This document shows positions 8,117-18,300 of a DNA stretch of 64,000 nucleotides, in pieces. Numbering within the stretch: the first letter of the stretch is position 1; every line of letters starts with the position of its first letter. The translations under genes were made by a program, and so were the position numbers. Where the stretch lies: the NCBI GenBank assembly GCA_039189765.1, contig JBCCYL010000002.1, positions 32,001 through 96,000 on the forward strand, in the 5' to 3' direction. The stretch comes from Cyanobacteria bacterium P01_F01_bin.150. Its GTDB lineage: Bacteria > Cyanobacteriota > Cyanobacteriia > CAKZMO01. A model generated the notes under the pieces. That model was not told the DNA's origin. It saw only the letters and a list, made by a program, of their open reading frames with translations, and made no database searches.

Positions 8117-8286
8117 CAAAAACGTGTGTCTATTTTGCCACAGGGTTTTAACACCGCCTAAATTATTCACAAAAATCTTCCACCCAAGCAAAGATTCCAG
8201 GGTTCTCTCGAAATGTCTCAAAGATCCCGGGGTTCTAATATTATCGTTGGGATGTCCCACAACGTTTCTACAGAACCCTGGGATCT
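8117..8286. repeat. Direct repeat B (upstream region of the kinase gene), including 65-bp element copy 4 at 8222-8286 and an extra half arm at 8192-8206
   Basis: Matches 6157-6296 with a 30-bp insertion. Confidence 0.9.
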
Positions 8287-8540
8287 CGCACCGACCAGCC
8301 ACTTTTGCAAAACCCCGGAACAAGCATCATCAAAAGTTAGATTACAGAGAGAAAGCATGGCAGTCAGAACAAGAAGTTATCTCAGCAATTGCTCTTGCGT
8401 TGGTTATCAAGGCTGTAATATGGGTCTCTGCGATAAATTCGCATAGATCAGCGCGTTAGACATCAGCTTGTCAAACAACAGGCATTATTGGCTCAAATCA
8501 ACTTTCAATCAACAGGCAAACATAAGGAGAGAGACGTTCA

Positions 8541-9665
8541 ATGGCTGCGGTAAAGAAGTCAGAAAATGTACCAAAAACGATGCAAGAGAAATACGACGCC
8601 ATTGTGGCGATTACCAATGAGTTCTCGAAAAAGCATCTAAACGAGGAATACGCTCAGCTTATTCGATTTGCCACCGCAGCCCTATGTCGAAAACGCCCAT
8701 CTCCCCTCGAAAAAGGCCGAGATAAAACCTGGGCCTGTGGCATCACCCATGCTGTAGGAATGACCAACTTTTTGTTTGATTCCTCCCAAACTCCCCATAT
8801 CAGGGCCAAAGAGCTGTACAAAGCCTTTGGCGTCGGAGAGAGCACGGGCCAGTCTAAATCAAAACAGGTGCGCGATACGTTAAAGATGCGCCAGATGGAT
8901 CACAACTGGTGCTTACCCAGCAGGATGGGAGATAGTCCATCAATCTGGATGATTTCGGTCAACGGCTATATTATGGATGCTCGCTCTGCCCCCAGGGAAA
9001 TCCAAGAAGTCGCCCTAGCACAAGGGCTGATTCCTTATCTCCCAGGCAAAGACGGTAAACCATTGGAGGAAGAATCAAAACTAGAACCAGAAGCATCTAC
9101 TACAGAAAAGTCAGGTGCAAAGTCATCTAAGCAATCTTCCAAGCAGTCATCTAAGCAATCTTCTAAGAAATCCTCCAAGCAATCTTCTAAATCAACCTCT
9201 AAACAGTCTGCCGATACTCTTTACGTTTTAGAAGTTGGCATTATTTCTGGGCCTGTCACTGAAGCGTTTATTAAAAAGAACCCGGAAATCAGCCGCGTTA
9301 TCGAAATTAAGGGCAGCAACACATTAAAAGATTTGCATCGAGCTATCTTCAGCGCCTTCGACCGAGAAGAGGAGCATATGTATGAATTTCAAATCGGTGG
9401 ACGAGGGCCAAATGATCCCAATGCACGACGGTATGGCATCAAGCCCCCATTTGATGATGAGGTGCCCGCAGGGTACGTCTCTAAAACCACAATGGACTCA
9501 TTGCAATTATCAGAAGATGAGGCTTTTGGGTATTGGTTTGATTTTGGCGATGATTGGTGGCATCAGATTAATGTTTTAACGATTCAGGATCAAGTACCCA
9601 AAGGAAAATATCCCAAAGTAACTAAGCGGGTAGGGGACAGTCCTCCCCAATATCCAGACCTTTAG
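8541..9665 (+). CDS. DUF6398-like N-terminal domain fused to a pRiA4b ORF3-like domain, with an SSKQ repeat linker
   Basis: N-terminal LCRKRPSPL...WACGI...NFLFD; C-terminal TLKDLHRAIFSAFDREEEHMYEF...YWFDFGDDWWHQI; AAGGAG upstream. Confidence 0.7.
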   Translation: MAAVKKSENVPKTMQEKYDAIVAITNEFSKKHLNEEYAQLIRFATAALCRKRPSPLEKGRDKTWACGITHAVGMTNFLFDSSQTPHIRAKELYKAFGVGESTGQSKSKQVRDTLKMRQMDHNWCLPSRMGDSPSIWMISVNGYIMDARSAPREIQEVALAQGLIPYLPGKDGKPLEEESKLEPEASTTEKSGAKSSKQSSKQSSKQSSKKSSKQSSKSTSKQSADTLYVLEVGIISGPVTEAFIKKNPEISRVIEIKGSNTLKDLHRAIFSAFDREEEHMYEFQIGGRGPNDPNARRYGIKPPFDDEVPAGYVSKTTMDSLQLSEDEAFGYWFDFGDDWWHQINVLTIQDQVPKGKYPKVTKRVGDSPPQYPDL

Positions 9666-9689
9666 GGCGGACGTATACAGAGACTGTCC

Positions 9690-9765
9690 TCTCGTTCCCA
9701 GACTCTGGCTGGGAATGCCCTCCTGAGACTCTGGCTCAGTTACGTAGGGTGCGTGACAACGCACC
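9690..9765. repeat. REP-like palindromes
   Basis: ctcgttcccagactctggctgggaatg, ctgagactctggctcag and GTAG-headed gtagggtgcgtgacaacgcacc (related copy at 44843). Confidence 0.65.
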
Positions 9766-9874
9766 TTCGCGTGCTGATATATACTCTCGTTCCTCTCTTT
9801 CCCAGGACGGAGGGTTGATGATGTCGGAAAGTAGCCTCGCGTAGGGTGCATTGCCTATACGACTTCGCGACTTT

Positions 9875-12268
9875 TCAGACATCTGCGCTATCGTCCAAAT
9901 CGGATTCGTCATTATCTTCTAAACGAGTTTCTTCGTTATCGTTCAAATCGGGTTCTTCATTATCTTCTAAACGAGTTTCTTCATTATCTTCTAAACGAGT
10001 TTCTTCGCTATCGTCTAAATCGGGTTCTTCGCTGTTTTCCAAATTAGGCTCCTGGCTGTTGTCCTGATCTGGTTCTTCGTCGTCTTCTAGGTCTAGGTCA
10101 ATTTTGCCCATTTCAATCAAAAGTTCCTTAACCCGCTCTCGAATCCGAAGATGGCGTTCCACATCTTCAAACGCGTAGCGATTGTAGCCATTGCGCTCAA
10201 TCAGTCGCTCCAAATTTCTGATTCGTTCAGGGGTATCAGGGTGGGTGGATAACCAGTCGAAACGACTGCTATTTCCCGACTCATCCAATAGAGTTTGCAT
10301 CAAATTGCGCAGTCCATCGGCAGCATAGGGTGAAGACGCCAAAAGACGAGTGCCCAATCGGTCCGCTTGCCTCTCCATATCTCGGCTATAGCGAAGTACG
10401 GTGAGATTGGTCACCAATCCGCCATAGGGAACCGCCTGGAGCACATTTGCAGTCAGATTTCCCCGCGTCACCTGCTGAAAGCCGTGGGACAAAATCGCAT
10501 GGGCCAACTCATGGGCAATCAGTCCCGCCAGCTCCGCCCCCGTGTCCGTGCGGGTAATTGCACCCGCATTGATAAAGATTTTGCCACCAGGCAGGGCAAA
10601 AGCATTAAGTTCATCCTCCGCCACGACGTAGAATTCGTACTCAAACTCGGTTCGTCCCCCTAGTTCAGCCAGATCTTGGCCAATGTCGTTGACGTAGTCC
10701 AGCACCACTTCATCTTCAATCATATCCAGCTCATCGCGGGCATTACTGGCGATTCGTTCCCCGACTGCGGACTCGCCCCGAATCATCAAGACGGTTGTTT
10801 CCAACGCAGATAAGGGACCAAACCAGCTGCCTGTAAAGGCAAATCCCGCAGCTCCAGCGATCGCGTTCCCAATCGCAGTACGGGTTAACCGCCGCCGCAT
10901 CTTTCTACGGAATCGATCCTGATATTCATCTGCCTGGACTTGAAAAGCCTCAGCGTCAGGATGGTCCGGCTCCAGCAATGCAAACTGACGGGAGGCGATC
11001 GCCGCCTGTAGCCATTGCTCATCTGCCACCAGTGCGTCCACCCGTGTCGTTGCCAATTCAGGATTATCCGGATATAGAGCAGTAGCTTGTTCCAACACTT
11101 CCAGTGCTTCGTCAATTTCGTCGGCATTCACCAACACCTGAGCATAGGCCATATGCCCAGGAATAAACTCCGGCTGCTGTTCTCGCAGTAACGCCAAAGG
11201 AATGCGAGTTCGGGTATCGAGACCGGCTTCTAGTCCAGCTTGATATTCCCGCCAATAAACTGCTCCGGCGGGGGAAAGCTGCTCTGGGTCAGAAAACCCT
11301 TCCTGTCGCTCAAACGTCCCCTCTTCATGGAATGGGTCTTTGGCCTGGCGGTAGAGTTCTTCTGCCTCTGCAAATTTTCCTTCGAGGAACAGGCGATCGC
11401 CCTCAATCAATAGTCGCTGTCGCTCCAATTCTTCAGCAGTGAGTTCTTCAGCTTCTTCGTCATCCTCTGTAGTCGTCGTATCTTCTGTGGTCGTATCTTC
11501 TGTAGCCGCATCATTAGACTGGCCCTCGAGCCCAGTAGTCTCTGCGCGTTCACCTTCGAGTTCCTCTTCAGAACCTTGATTGGTTTCAAGCTCTGAATCG
11601 TTAGTCTGCTCTCCGCTAATCTGCTCTTCACCACTATTTTGGGGGGCAGTTGTTTCTTCTAATGTTTGGGTTTTAGCATCTATATCATCAGCGCTGCTCG
11701 CTTCATCTTCTTCAGTAAGGAGGTCTATATTTATATCTGCATCTGCATCTGCATCTGTTTCGGCGTTATCCGTACGGTCTGCTGCCGTAGTGTCAGTACC
11801 TGAAGGGGCAAGATCTGTGGATTCATTTTCAGGTGAATTACTACCCACTGCATCAGACTCTGGTAGGTCAGAGTCTGCTAGGTCAGGATCTGCCTGATGA
11901 TTGTCTATTGGTGATGTGGGGTCTGCCGATTCGGTTGTTTCTTGACTGTCTGCATCTGGCGACCTTTCTGGAAATACCCCTCCATCGGGGATTGTTTGAG
12001 GCGTGACATCTTGAGGCGTGACAGGTGTTACCGTAGGCACAACCTGCCCCATAAGCTCTTCTACAGTTGTCTGTAAGGATAGGTCCTCAGCAGGAAAAGA
12101 GGTAATAGGAAAGGTCTCGACAGTATTTTGAGGCGTGACAGGCTCTTTGGCCAACTTCAAAGATTCAGACGGAAGAGCAAGCGTTTCCGCTGCCATAAAC
12201 AGGGCAAGTCCCCCATAAAAAACACCGCTGCCGACTACTGTCATCAAGTGAAGTACGATTCTGTTCAT
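9875..12268 (-). CDS. M48 family zinc metallopeptidase with TPR region and acidic low-complexity termini
   Basis: NAFALPGG, HELAH, YSRDMERQAD, LSTHP motifs; signal-like N-terminus; 24-bp C-terminal repeats. Confidence 0.88.
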   Translation of the reverse strand: MNRIVLHLMTVVGSGVFYGGLALFMAAETLALPSESLKLAKEPVTPQNTVETFPITSFPAEDLSLQTTVEELMGQVVPTVTPVTPQDVTPQTIPDGGVFPERSPDADSQETTESADPTSPIDNHQADPDLADSDLPESDAVGSNSPENESTDLAPSGTDTTAADRTDNAETDADADADINIDLLTEEDEASSADDIDAKTQTLEETTAPQNSGEEQISGEQTNDSELETNQGSEEELEGERAETTGLEGQSNDAATEDTTTEDTTTTEDDEEAEELTAEELERQRLLIEGDRLFLEGKFAEAEELYRQAKDPFHEEGTFERQEGFSDPEQLSPAGAVYWREYQAGLEAGLDTRTRIPLALLREQQPEFIPGHMAYAQVLVNADEIDEALEVLEQATALYPDNPELATTRVDALVADEQWLQAAIASRQFALLEPDHPDAEAFQVQADEYQDRFRRKMRRRLTRTAIGNAIAGAAGFAFTGSWFGPLSALETTVLMIRGESAVGERIASNARDELDMIEDEVVLDYVNDIGQDLAELGGRTEFEYEFYVVAEDELNAFALPGGKIFINAGAITRTDTGAELAGLIAHELAHAILSHGFQQVTRGNLTANVLQAVPYGGLVTNLTVLRYSRDMERQADRLGTRLLASSPYAADGLRNLMQTLLDESGNSSRFDWLSTHPDTPERIRNLERLIERNGYNRYAFEDVERHLRIRERVKELLIEMGKIDLDLEDDEEPDQDNSQEPNLENSEEPDLDDSEETRLEDNEETRLEDNEEPDLNDNEETRLEDNDESDLDDSADV

Positions 12269-12408
12269 GTTCCTTTCTCCAATTCTTGAAGATAAACGTT
12301 GGGCAGGTGGCAGGTGAATTATTTATTCTGTCTGTTTGATAATGCTAAACCTTCATGCATTATAGGTGTAAGCAGTTTATCCCCTGCACTGATTCATGAT
12401 GTGCACCC

Positions 12409-15222
12409 ATGACTTCATTTTCTGTTAGCCGTCTCTACTCTCGCCTTTTGCCCTTTTGCCTGTGGGCATTTCTCGGATTATGGCTTGCGCTTGGCGGTTC
12501 CTTTATTGCCGTTTATGCTACTGAATCAGCGGCTATCTCATCCGTCACTGTAGACTCAAATCAATCCCTGCTGCAAACTGGCATTACCGCTTTTCAATCG
12601 CAACGATACCGTGAGGCGATCGCCACCTGGGAAACCGCCCTGGCCCAATCCCCAGAAACTCCCTACAACCTTAACCGGGCACTCTTGCTAAGTAACCTTT
12701 CTCTGGCTCATCAACATTTAGGGGAACTGGCTAAAGCCGATCTTTATGTCACGGAAGCGTTGCGTTTATTTGCCCATACCTTTGAAGAAGAGGGGAGCGA
12801 TCGCCATAGTCTATTGGACTGGGAATACTATGCCAAAGCGCTTAACGCCCAGGGCTGGCTACAGTGGCGACAGGGGAATCTTGACCAAGCGCTTGAAGCA
12901 TGGCAGCAAAGTACTGTCGCCTACGATAACGCCGCTTATCAGCCCGGAGTCATCGGCAGCTTGCTCAACCAGGCCAAGGTGCTGCAAACCCTGGGGTTAA
13001 GCCGAGAGACCGAAGAGACGCTGCTTAAAACCCAGACCCTATTAGATGCACAATCGGACCCACAGCTAAAATCCCTGGGGCTGCGGTCCCTTGGCATCGC
13101 CTATCGCCAACTCGGAAAATTGGAGCAATCGATTACTGCCTTAACGGACGGACTACAGCATTTGGAAGTTCAGCTCCAACCGACAAATCTTACCGCGACC
13201 CAAGCGTCTCTCTTCCTTGAACTGGGCAATACTGAACGCGCCCGCTGGACCCTAACTTCAGCTATTAATCCCACCGTTGCCCCTCAACACCGAGATGATG
13301 CCTTGAACTGCTATCACCAAGCTGCATCCATAGCACCGTCCACCCTAGCTCAGCTCCAGGCGGATGCTAACGAATTAAGTTTGTACATCGATGTACTGCG
13401 CCAAGAGGATAGGGGGATAGAACTCAATATCGGCAGTGAGGCTGTGGGCACTTGTCCTCTGTCTTCAGATATCAAAGGAGCGGCATCCTTAGGTTGGATA
13501 AGTGGGCAATGGCAACATATTCAGGCGAGCCTGGCTCAACTTCCGCCGAGCCGAGCGGCAATCGAGCTTCAGCTTAATGTTGTAAATAGCCTTACAAAAT
13601 TGAGGGGTACCCTTTCTGAGTCAGAATTACTGGAACCCACATGGGCAGAAATGGGGCAGGCGTTGGCGATCGCCGTTGACCAAGCGACCCAACTCGATGA
13701 CGGTCGAACGGCATCATACGCCATGGGGCAGCTTGCCCATATTTACGAACGCAATGGCCAATGGGCAAATGCTCAATCGTTAACAAAAGAAGCGATTCGC
13801 CTAATTGAAGCGAAAGATATTCAAGCAGAGGATATTTTATATCGTTGGGAATGGCAATTGGGTCGGATTTTAGCCAAGCAGGGTAAACGGGAAAGGGCGA
13901 TCGCGGCCTATGACTCCGCCTACAAAACCTTAAAAACTATTCGAGGCAACCTGATTAGCATTAATGCTGATATTCAGTTTTCTTTCCGAGATAACGTTGA
14001 GCCGATTTATCGAGAATTTGCCGACTTATTGCTGCAAGCTGACTCAGGTTATCCTGACATCTATCAAGCCAATCTAAAACGGGCGACAGAGGTTATTGAT
14101 GATCTACAGCTTGCCGAGCTAGAAAACTTTCTGGGCTGTAACCTATCGTCGCGGCTACAGCTGAGTGAGAGAACCGTTGACCCAACTGCAGCCATTATCT
14201 ACCCAATTATCTTGTCTGATCGGATTGAGGTTATTCTCAAGTTACCCAATACGAGCAAGCTGTATCAATATACTCAGTTTGTCCCCGCATCGGAGGTGGA
14301 TGACACCCTAAAACAGCTACTTTTTGAACTGGGGCGGCCCTATCGTTCGCCGGAGGGCAAGGCACTGGGGCAACAGGTCTATGATTGGGTGATAAAACCC
14401 CTAAAACGTGATTTAAAAACTGCCCATATTAAAACGTTAGTGTTTGCGTTAGATGGGTCACTGCGTTCGATTCCCATGGCTGCGCTCTACAACGAAGAAA
14501 CAGTCGGAAATGAAACGACACGGACCTATCTGATTGAAGAATACGCCCTGGCAATAACCCCTGGCCTTAACCTTATTGAACCCCAACCCCTAAAGCAAAT
14601 TAGTCTGGATACCCTTGCATTTGGGCTGTCACAATTAAGAAAAGACTTTCCAATTCACGAGGGATTTTTATCGCTTCCGTATGTTGAAAATGAACTAGAT
14701 GAGATTCAAAACTATGTTTCTATAGAATCATTTCTAAATCAAGCCTTTACCGTTTCAACTCTGGAGGAACAAACCCAGGCGTCATCCTTTCCGATTCTCC
14801 ATTTGGCAACCCACGGCCAGTTTAGCTCAGACCCATCGGAAACCTTTATTCTTACTTGGGATAAACGGGTTGGAGTAAACCAGCTCAGCAATATTCTGCG
14901 GCAGCGCGATCAACGAACGCTAAAGCCAATCGAATTATTGATATTAAGCGCCTGTCAGACTGCCACAGGTGACAATCGGGCAGCCTTGGGTTTAGCAGGG
15001 GTAGCCGTTCAATCAGGGGCACGCAGCACTATTGCAACCCTTTGGACGGTGGATGATATTTCAACGGCAGATGTCATGAGTGCTCTCTATAAAGAGCTAT
15101 CTAAAACCGACGTTAATCTGACAAAGGCAGAAGCGCTGCAAAGAGCGCAAGTACAGCTTTTACAACAAAATGTTCCGCCCCAATATTGGGCACCTTATAT
15201 ATTAATTGGCAACTGGCTCTAA
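12409..15222 (+). CDS. TPR + CHAT (caspase/HetF-like) domain protein
   Basis: TPR-like repeats; LHLATHGQF, LILSACQTA, TLWTVDD, YWAPYILIGNWL. Confidence 0.92.
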   Translation: MTSFSVSRLYSRLLPFCLWAFLGLWLALGGSFIAVYATESAAISSVTVDSNQSLLQTGITAFQSQRYREAIATWETALAQSPETPYNLNRALLLSNLSLAHQHLGELAKADLYVTEALRLFAHTFEEEGSDRHSLLDWEYYAKALNAQGWLQWRQGNLDQALEAWQQSTVAYDNAAYQPGVIGSLLNQAKVLQTLGLSRETEETLLKTQTLLDAQSDPQLKSLGLRSLGIAYRQLGKLEQSITALTDGLQHLEVQLQPTNLTATQASLFLELGNTERARWTLTSAINPTVAPQHRDDALNCYHQAASIAPSTLAQLQADANELSLYIDVLRQEDRGIELNIGSEAVGTCPLSSDIKGAASLGWISGQWQHIQASLAQLPPSRAAIELQLNVVNSLTKLRGTLSESELLEPTWAEMGQALAIAVDQATQLDDGRTASYAMGQLAHIYERNGQWANAQSLTKEAIRLIEAKDIQAEDILYRWEWQLGRILAKQGKRERAIAAYDSAYKTLKTIRGNLISINADIQFSFRDNVEPIYREFADLLLQADSGYPDIYQANLKRATEVIDDLQLAELENFLGCNLSSRLQLSERTVDPTAAIIYPIILSDRIEVILKLPNTSKLYQYTQFVPASEVDDTLKQLLFELGRPYRSPEGKALGQQVYDWVIKPLKRDLKTAHIKTLVFALDGSLRSIPMAALYNEETVGNETTRTYLIEEYALAITPGLNLIEPQPLKQISLDTLAFGLSQLRKDFPIHEGFLSLPYVENELDEIQNYVSIESFLNQAFTVSTLEEQTQASSFPILHLATHGQFSSDPSETFILTWDKRVGVNQLSNILRQRDQRTLKPIELLILSACQTATGDNRAALGLAGVAVQSGARSTIATLWTVDDISTADVMSALYKELSKTDVNLTKAEALQRAQVQLLQQNVPPQYWAPYILIGNWL

Positions 15223-15396
15223 CAGGCTCGATTGTATGGCCAATTTTATGGCCAATTTTAGGTGTCCAGAGGATTTTTGTAACATAACCCTAATTTTGGG
15301 AGTAGAGCCTAAATGGGAGTGATATGGTTCCTTTAAAGCCATCACAAGCTTGTGCATGGCTCGGTGCTGAAACCCAAGAAATAAGGCTGTTTTACA

Positions 15397-18300
15397 ATGA
15401 AATGTTCCCGATGTAATCGCTGGATGCAGATTGGCCTAACCCTATTAGCGACAACGTTTACAACTGCAGTTCATGCGGCAACATCAGAACAGCATTCGCT
15501 GGGCACGGATTACAATAGTCCACCTCCTTTAGTTTTGCCTGAATCATCCAATGAGGCAAATAAACCAAGTGAGGATGCGCAGCCAAAGGCTTCAGGGTGG
15601 ATACAAAAAACGGAAACCGCGCCACCGGGGGCCTTACCAACGGTTCGAGTCTTTTTGCCAGGGGAGTATAGTCCTGATAATGGAGTTACGGAGCCTGCGA
15701 TCGCAGAGCCTGCGATTACGGAGCTTGCGATTACGGAACCTGCGATCGCAGAGCCTGCGATTACAGCACCTGTCATTACAGAACCTGCGATTACAGCACC
15801 TGTCATTACAGAGCCTGCTATTGCAAAGCCTACGATTACAGAACTTGCAATTACAGAACCTGCGATTACAGAGCCAGCTCCTTCTCTGCCAGAGCCTTTA
15901 ATTAGCAATGGTGAGGAGTTATCCAATAAAGGAACCGACGCAGTTAACAGATTATCGAGTATTGAGCCAGTTGAATCTCAGGAGCAGGAACCGCTCCCCG
16001 CAGGAGCAGTCCCGACTAGCGTTACGTTTTCTCCTGCTGATTCTGTGGTGGAGCAAAATAGCAAAGTGTCCCAGACGCCTGAAGACCCTCGGCAGGAGAC
16101 GCTTTTATTCCTAGACGAAAAAGAGGAGCCAAATGCCCATAGTCCCGATACCGTAAATATCGCAGAAGATACGAGAGACTTGAATCAGGTGGGCAATACT
16201 CCTCCTAAAAAGAACCCAGCAAATAAGATAGGCCCATCTAAAGAGAGTGAAGTGATTCTAGATGGAGCATCGGATGACCCGTTGATAGCCCAGGTTATTC
16301 CAGATGCAACCTTGGGGAATGAGTCATCCGTGGTGGTTCCCGATCACCCAGCAAATAAGATAGCCCCATCTAAAGAGAGTGAAATGATTCTGGACGGGGC
16401 ATCGGATGACCTGTTAATAGCCCAAGTTATTCCAGATGCAACCTTGGGGAATGAGTCATCCGTGGTGGTCCCCGATCAGACCGTCAGGGGAGATGCCGCA
16501 GATTTAATTGACGGTGGAGCAGTGCGGGGAGCCAATATATTCCACAGTTTTGAAGAGTTTAATGTCAATACAGGGCAGCGGGTATATTTTTCTAGCCCTG
16601 AGGGGATCGATCGCATCCTCAGTCGGGTGACCGGAAACAATGTTTCGGGCATTGACGGAGTATTGGGCGTCGATGGGTTTGCCAATCTGTTTTTGTTAAA
16701 TCCCAATGGTATTCTCTTTGGCCCAAATGCATCGCTGGATGTGGCGGGATCGTTCTTGGCGACAACGGCGAATGGCTTTACGTTTGATGATGGGGTGACC
16801 TTTAGCGCAGTAAATCCAGATGCTCCGCCGATATTGACAATGGATATGCCCCCAGGATTGCAGTACGGCACTGGACAATCTGGGCCGGTGATCAATGGGG
16901 GCAATCTAGCGGTTGGGGCGAATGAGAGCCTGACGCTGACAGGAAGTGCGGTGATCAATACGGGGACGTTGACGGCTGAAGGAGGGGAGGTGGCGATCGC
17001 CTCCTTCACTGAGCCAAGCGCGGTCCAGCTAGGAGAGAAGGGGCAAATTCATGAAATTACATCGCTAGCAGATTTACAGACACCCGAGCAGCCTAATGCG
17101 GTTCCTATTGCACCTTCTGTGGCAGAAATTGTGGCGGGAACGGATATCGCTTTGGGGCTGACGTTGGCCGATACGGGTGAGGTGCGAGTGATGGAGTCTG
17201 GCTCGGTGATTCCTGTCGAGAGCGGCAATACGATTGTTGCTGGAACCATTGATGCCGCGAACCGGAACAGTAATGGTCTGGGCGGTTCTGTGAATCTTAT
17301 TGGCGATCGCGTTGCATTGGTGGATAGCGCCTACATTGATGTATCAGGTGATGGTGGCGGCGGGGTTGCCTTAGTAGGAGGTAATTATCAGGGGCAAGGT
17401 GATTTTCCTCCAGCGTTACGGACCTACGTGGGGTCGAATGCTGAAATTAGGGCAGATGCGGTGACTACTGGAGATGGGGGCCGCGTGATTGTCTGGGCGG
17501 ATCAGGCAACGCATTTTACAGGAGACATTTCAGCCCAAGGGGGAAGCCAAGAGGGGGATGGTGGTTTTGTGGAGGTGTCAGGAGCGGAGTCGTTGGCATT
17601 TGGGGGAGAAGTCAATACCCAAGCGGTGAATGGCCAAATGGGGAGTTTGCTGCTCGACCCTGCGAATATTACGATTTCGGACACGGCCCCAGAGGGCTTT
17701 ACAACGTTGGGTGCAGGGGATCTGAGCTTGGCTGATTTTTTCTACGGAGCGACAGAAGATCAGGGGCAAAACAGCCATTTGACTCCCATAACTGTTGTCG
17801 ATTTGCTGGCATCAAATGATCTGACACTGGAGGCAACAGACACCATTGCGGTCAATAACAATGTCGATGCAAATAGCGATAATAATTTGACCCTAAAGGC
17901 TTCAACCATTGAAGTGAATAATGCTCTGTTAACACAAACAGGGAGAGGAGATATTGTTTTAGAAACTCCACAATCTGTAGGCCATTCAGTAATGTTAGAT
18001 GGTGGAATAGTCAACACAGCGGTAGTGTCAGGAACCATGGGGGATGGAGGAGATGTACGCATTACAACCCATGATTTAACGGTTCAAAATGGTGGAGCTA
18101 TTATTACCAGCACTTTTGGAGCAGGCGATTCAGGGCTATTACAAATTGATGCAACAGGTAATCTTATTGTTGTTGGAAACGGGTCCGTTATTGCGAGTGC
18201 TGCTGGACCAGGCGCTGAGGGCAATGGTGGCGGCGTTACCATTGCTACAGATAACCTTGCTGTAGGCAGTAATGCAGAAATTTTGTCCAATACACTGGGC

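Noticed and set aside
370..8286. CRISPR array (35-nt spacers between repeats)
   Set aside because: Arms are inverted, only 15 bp, and dispersed rather than tandem; no cas genes in the window
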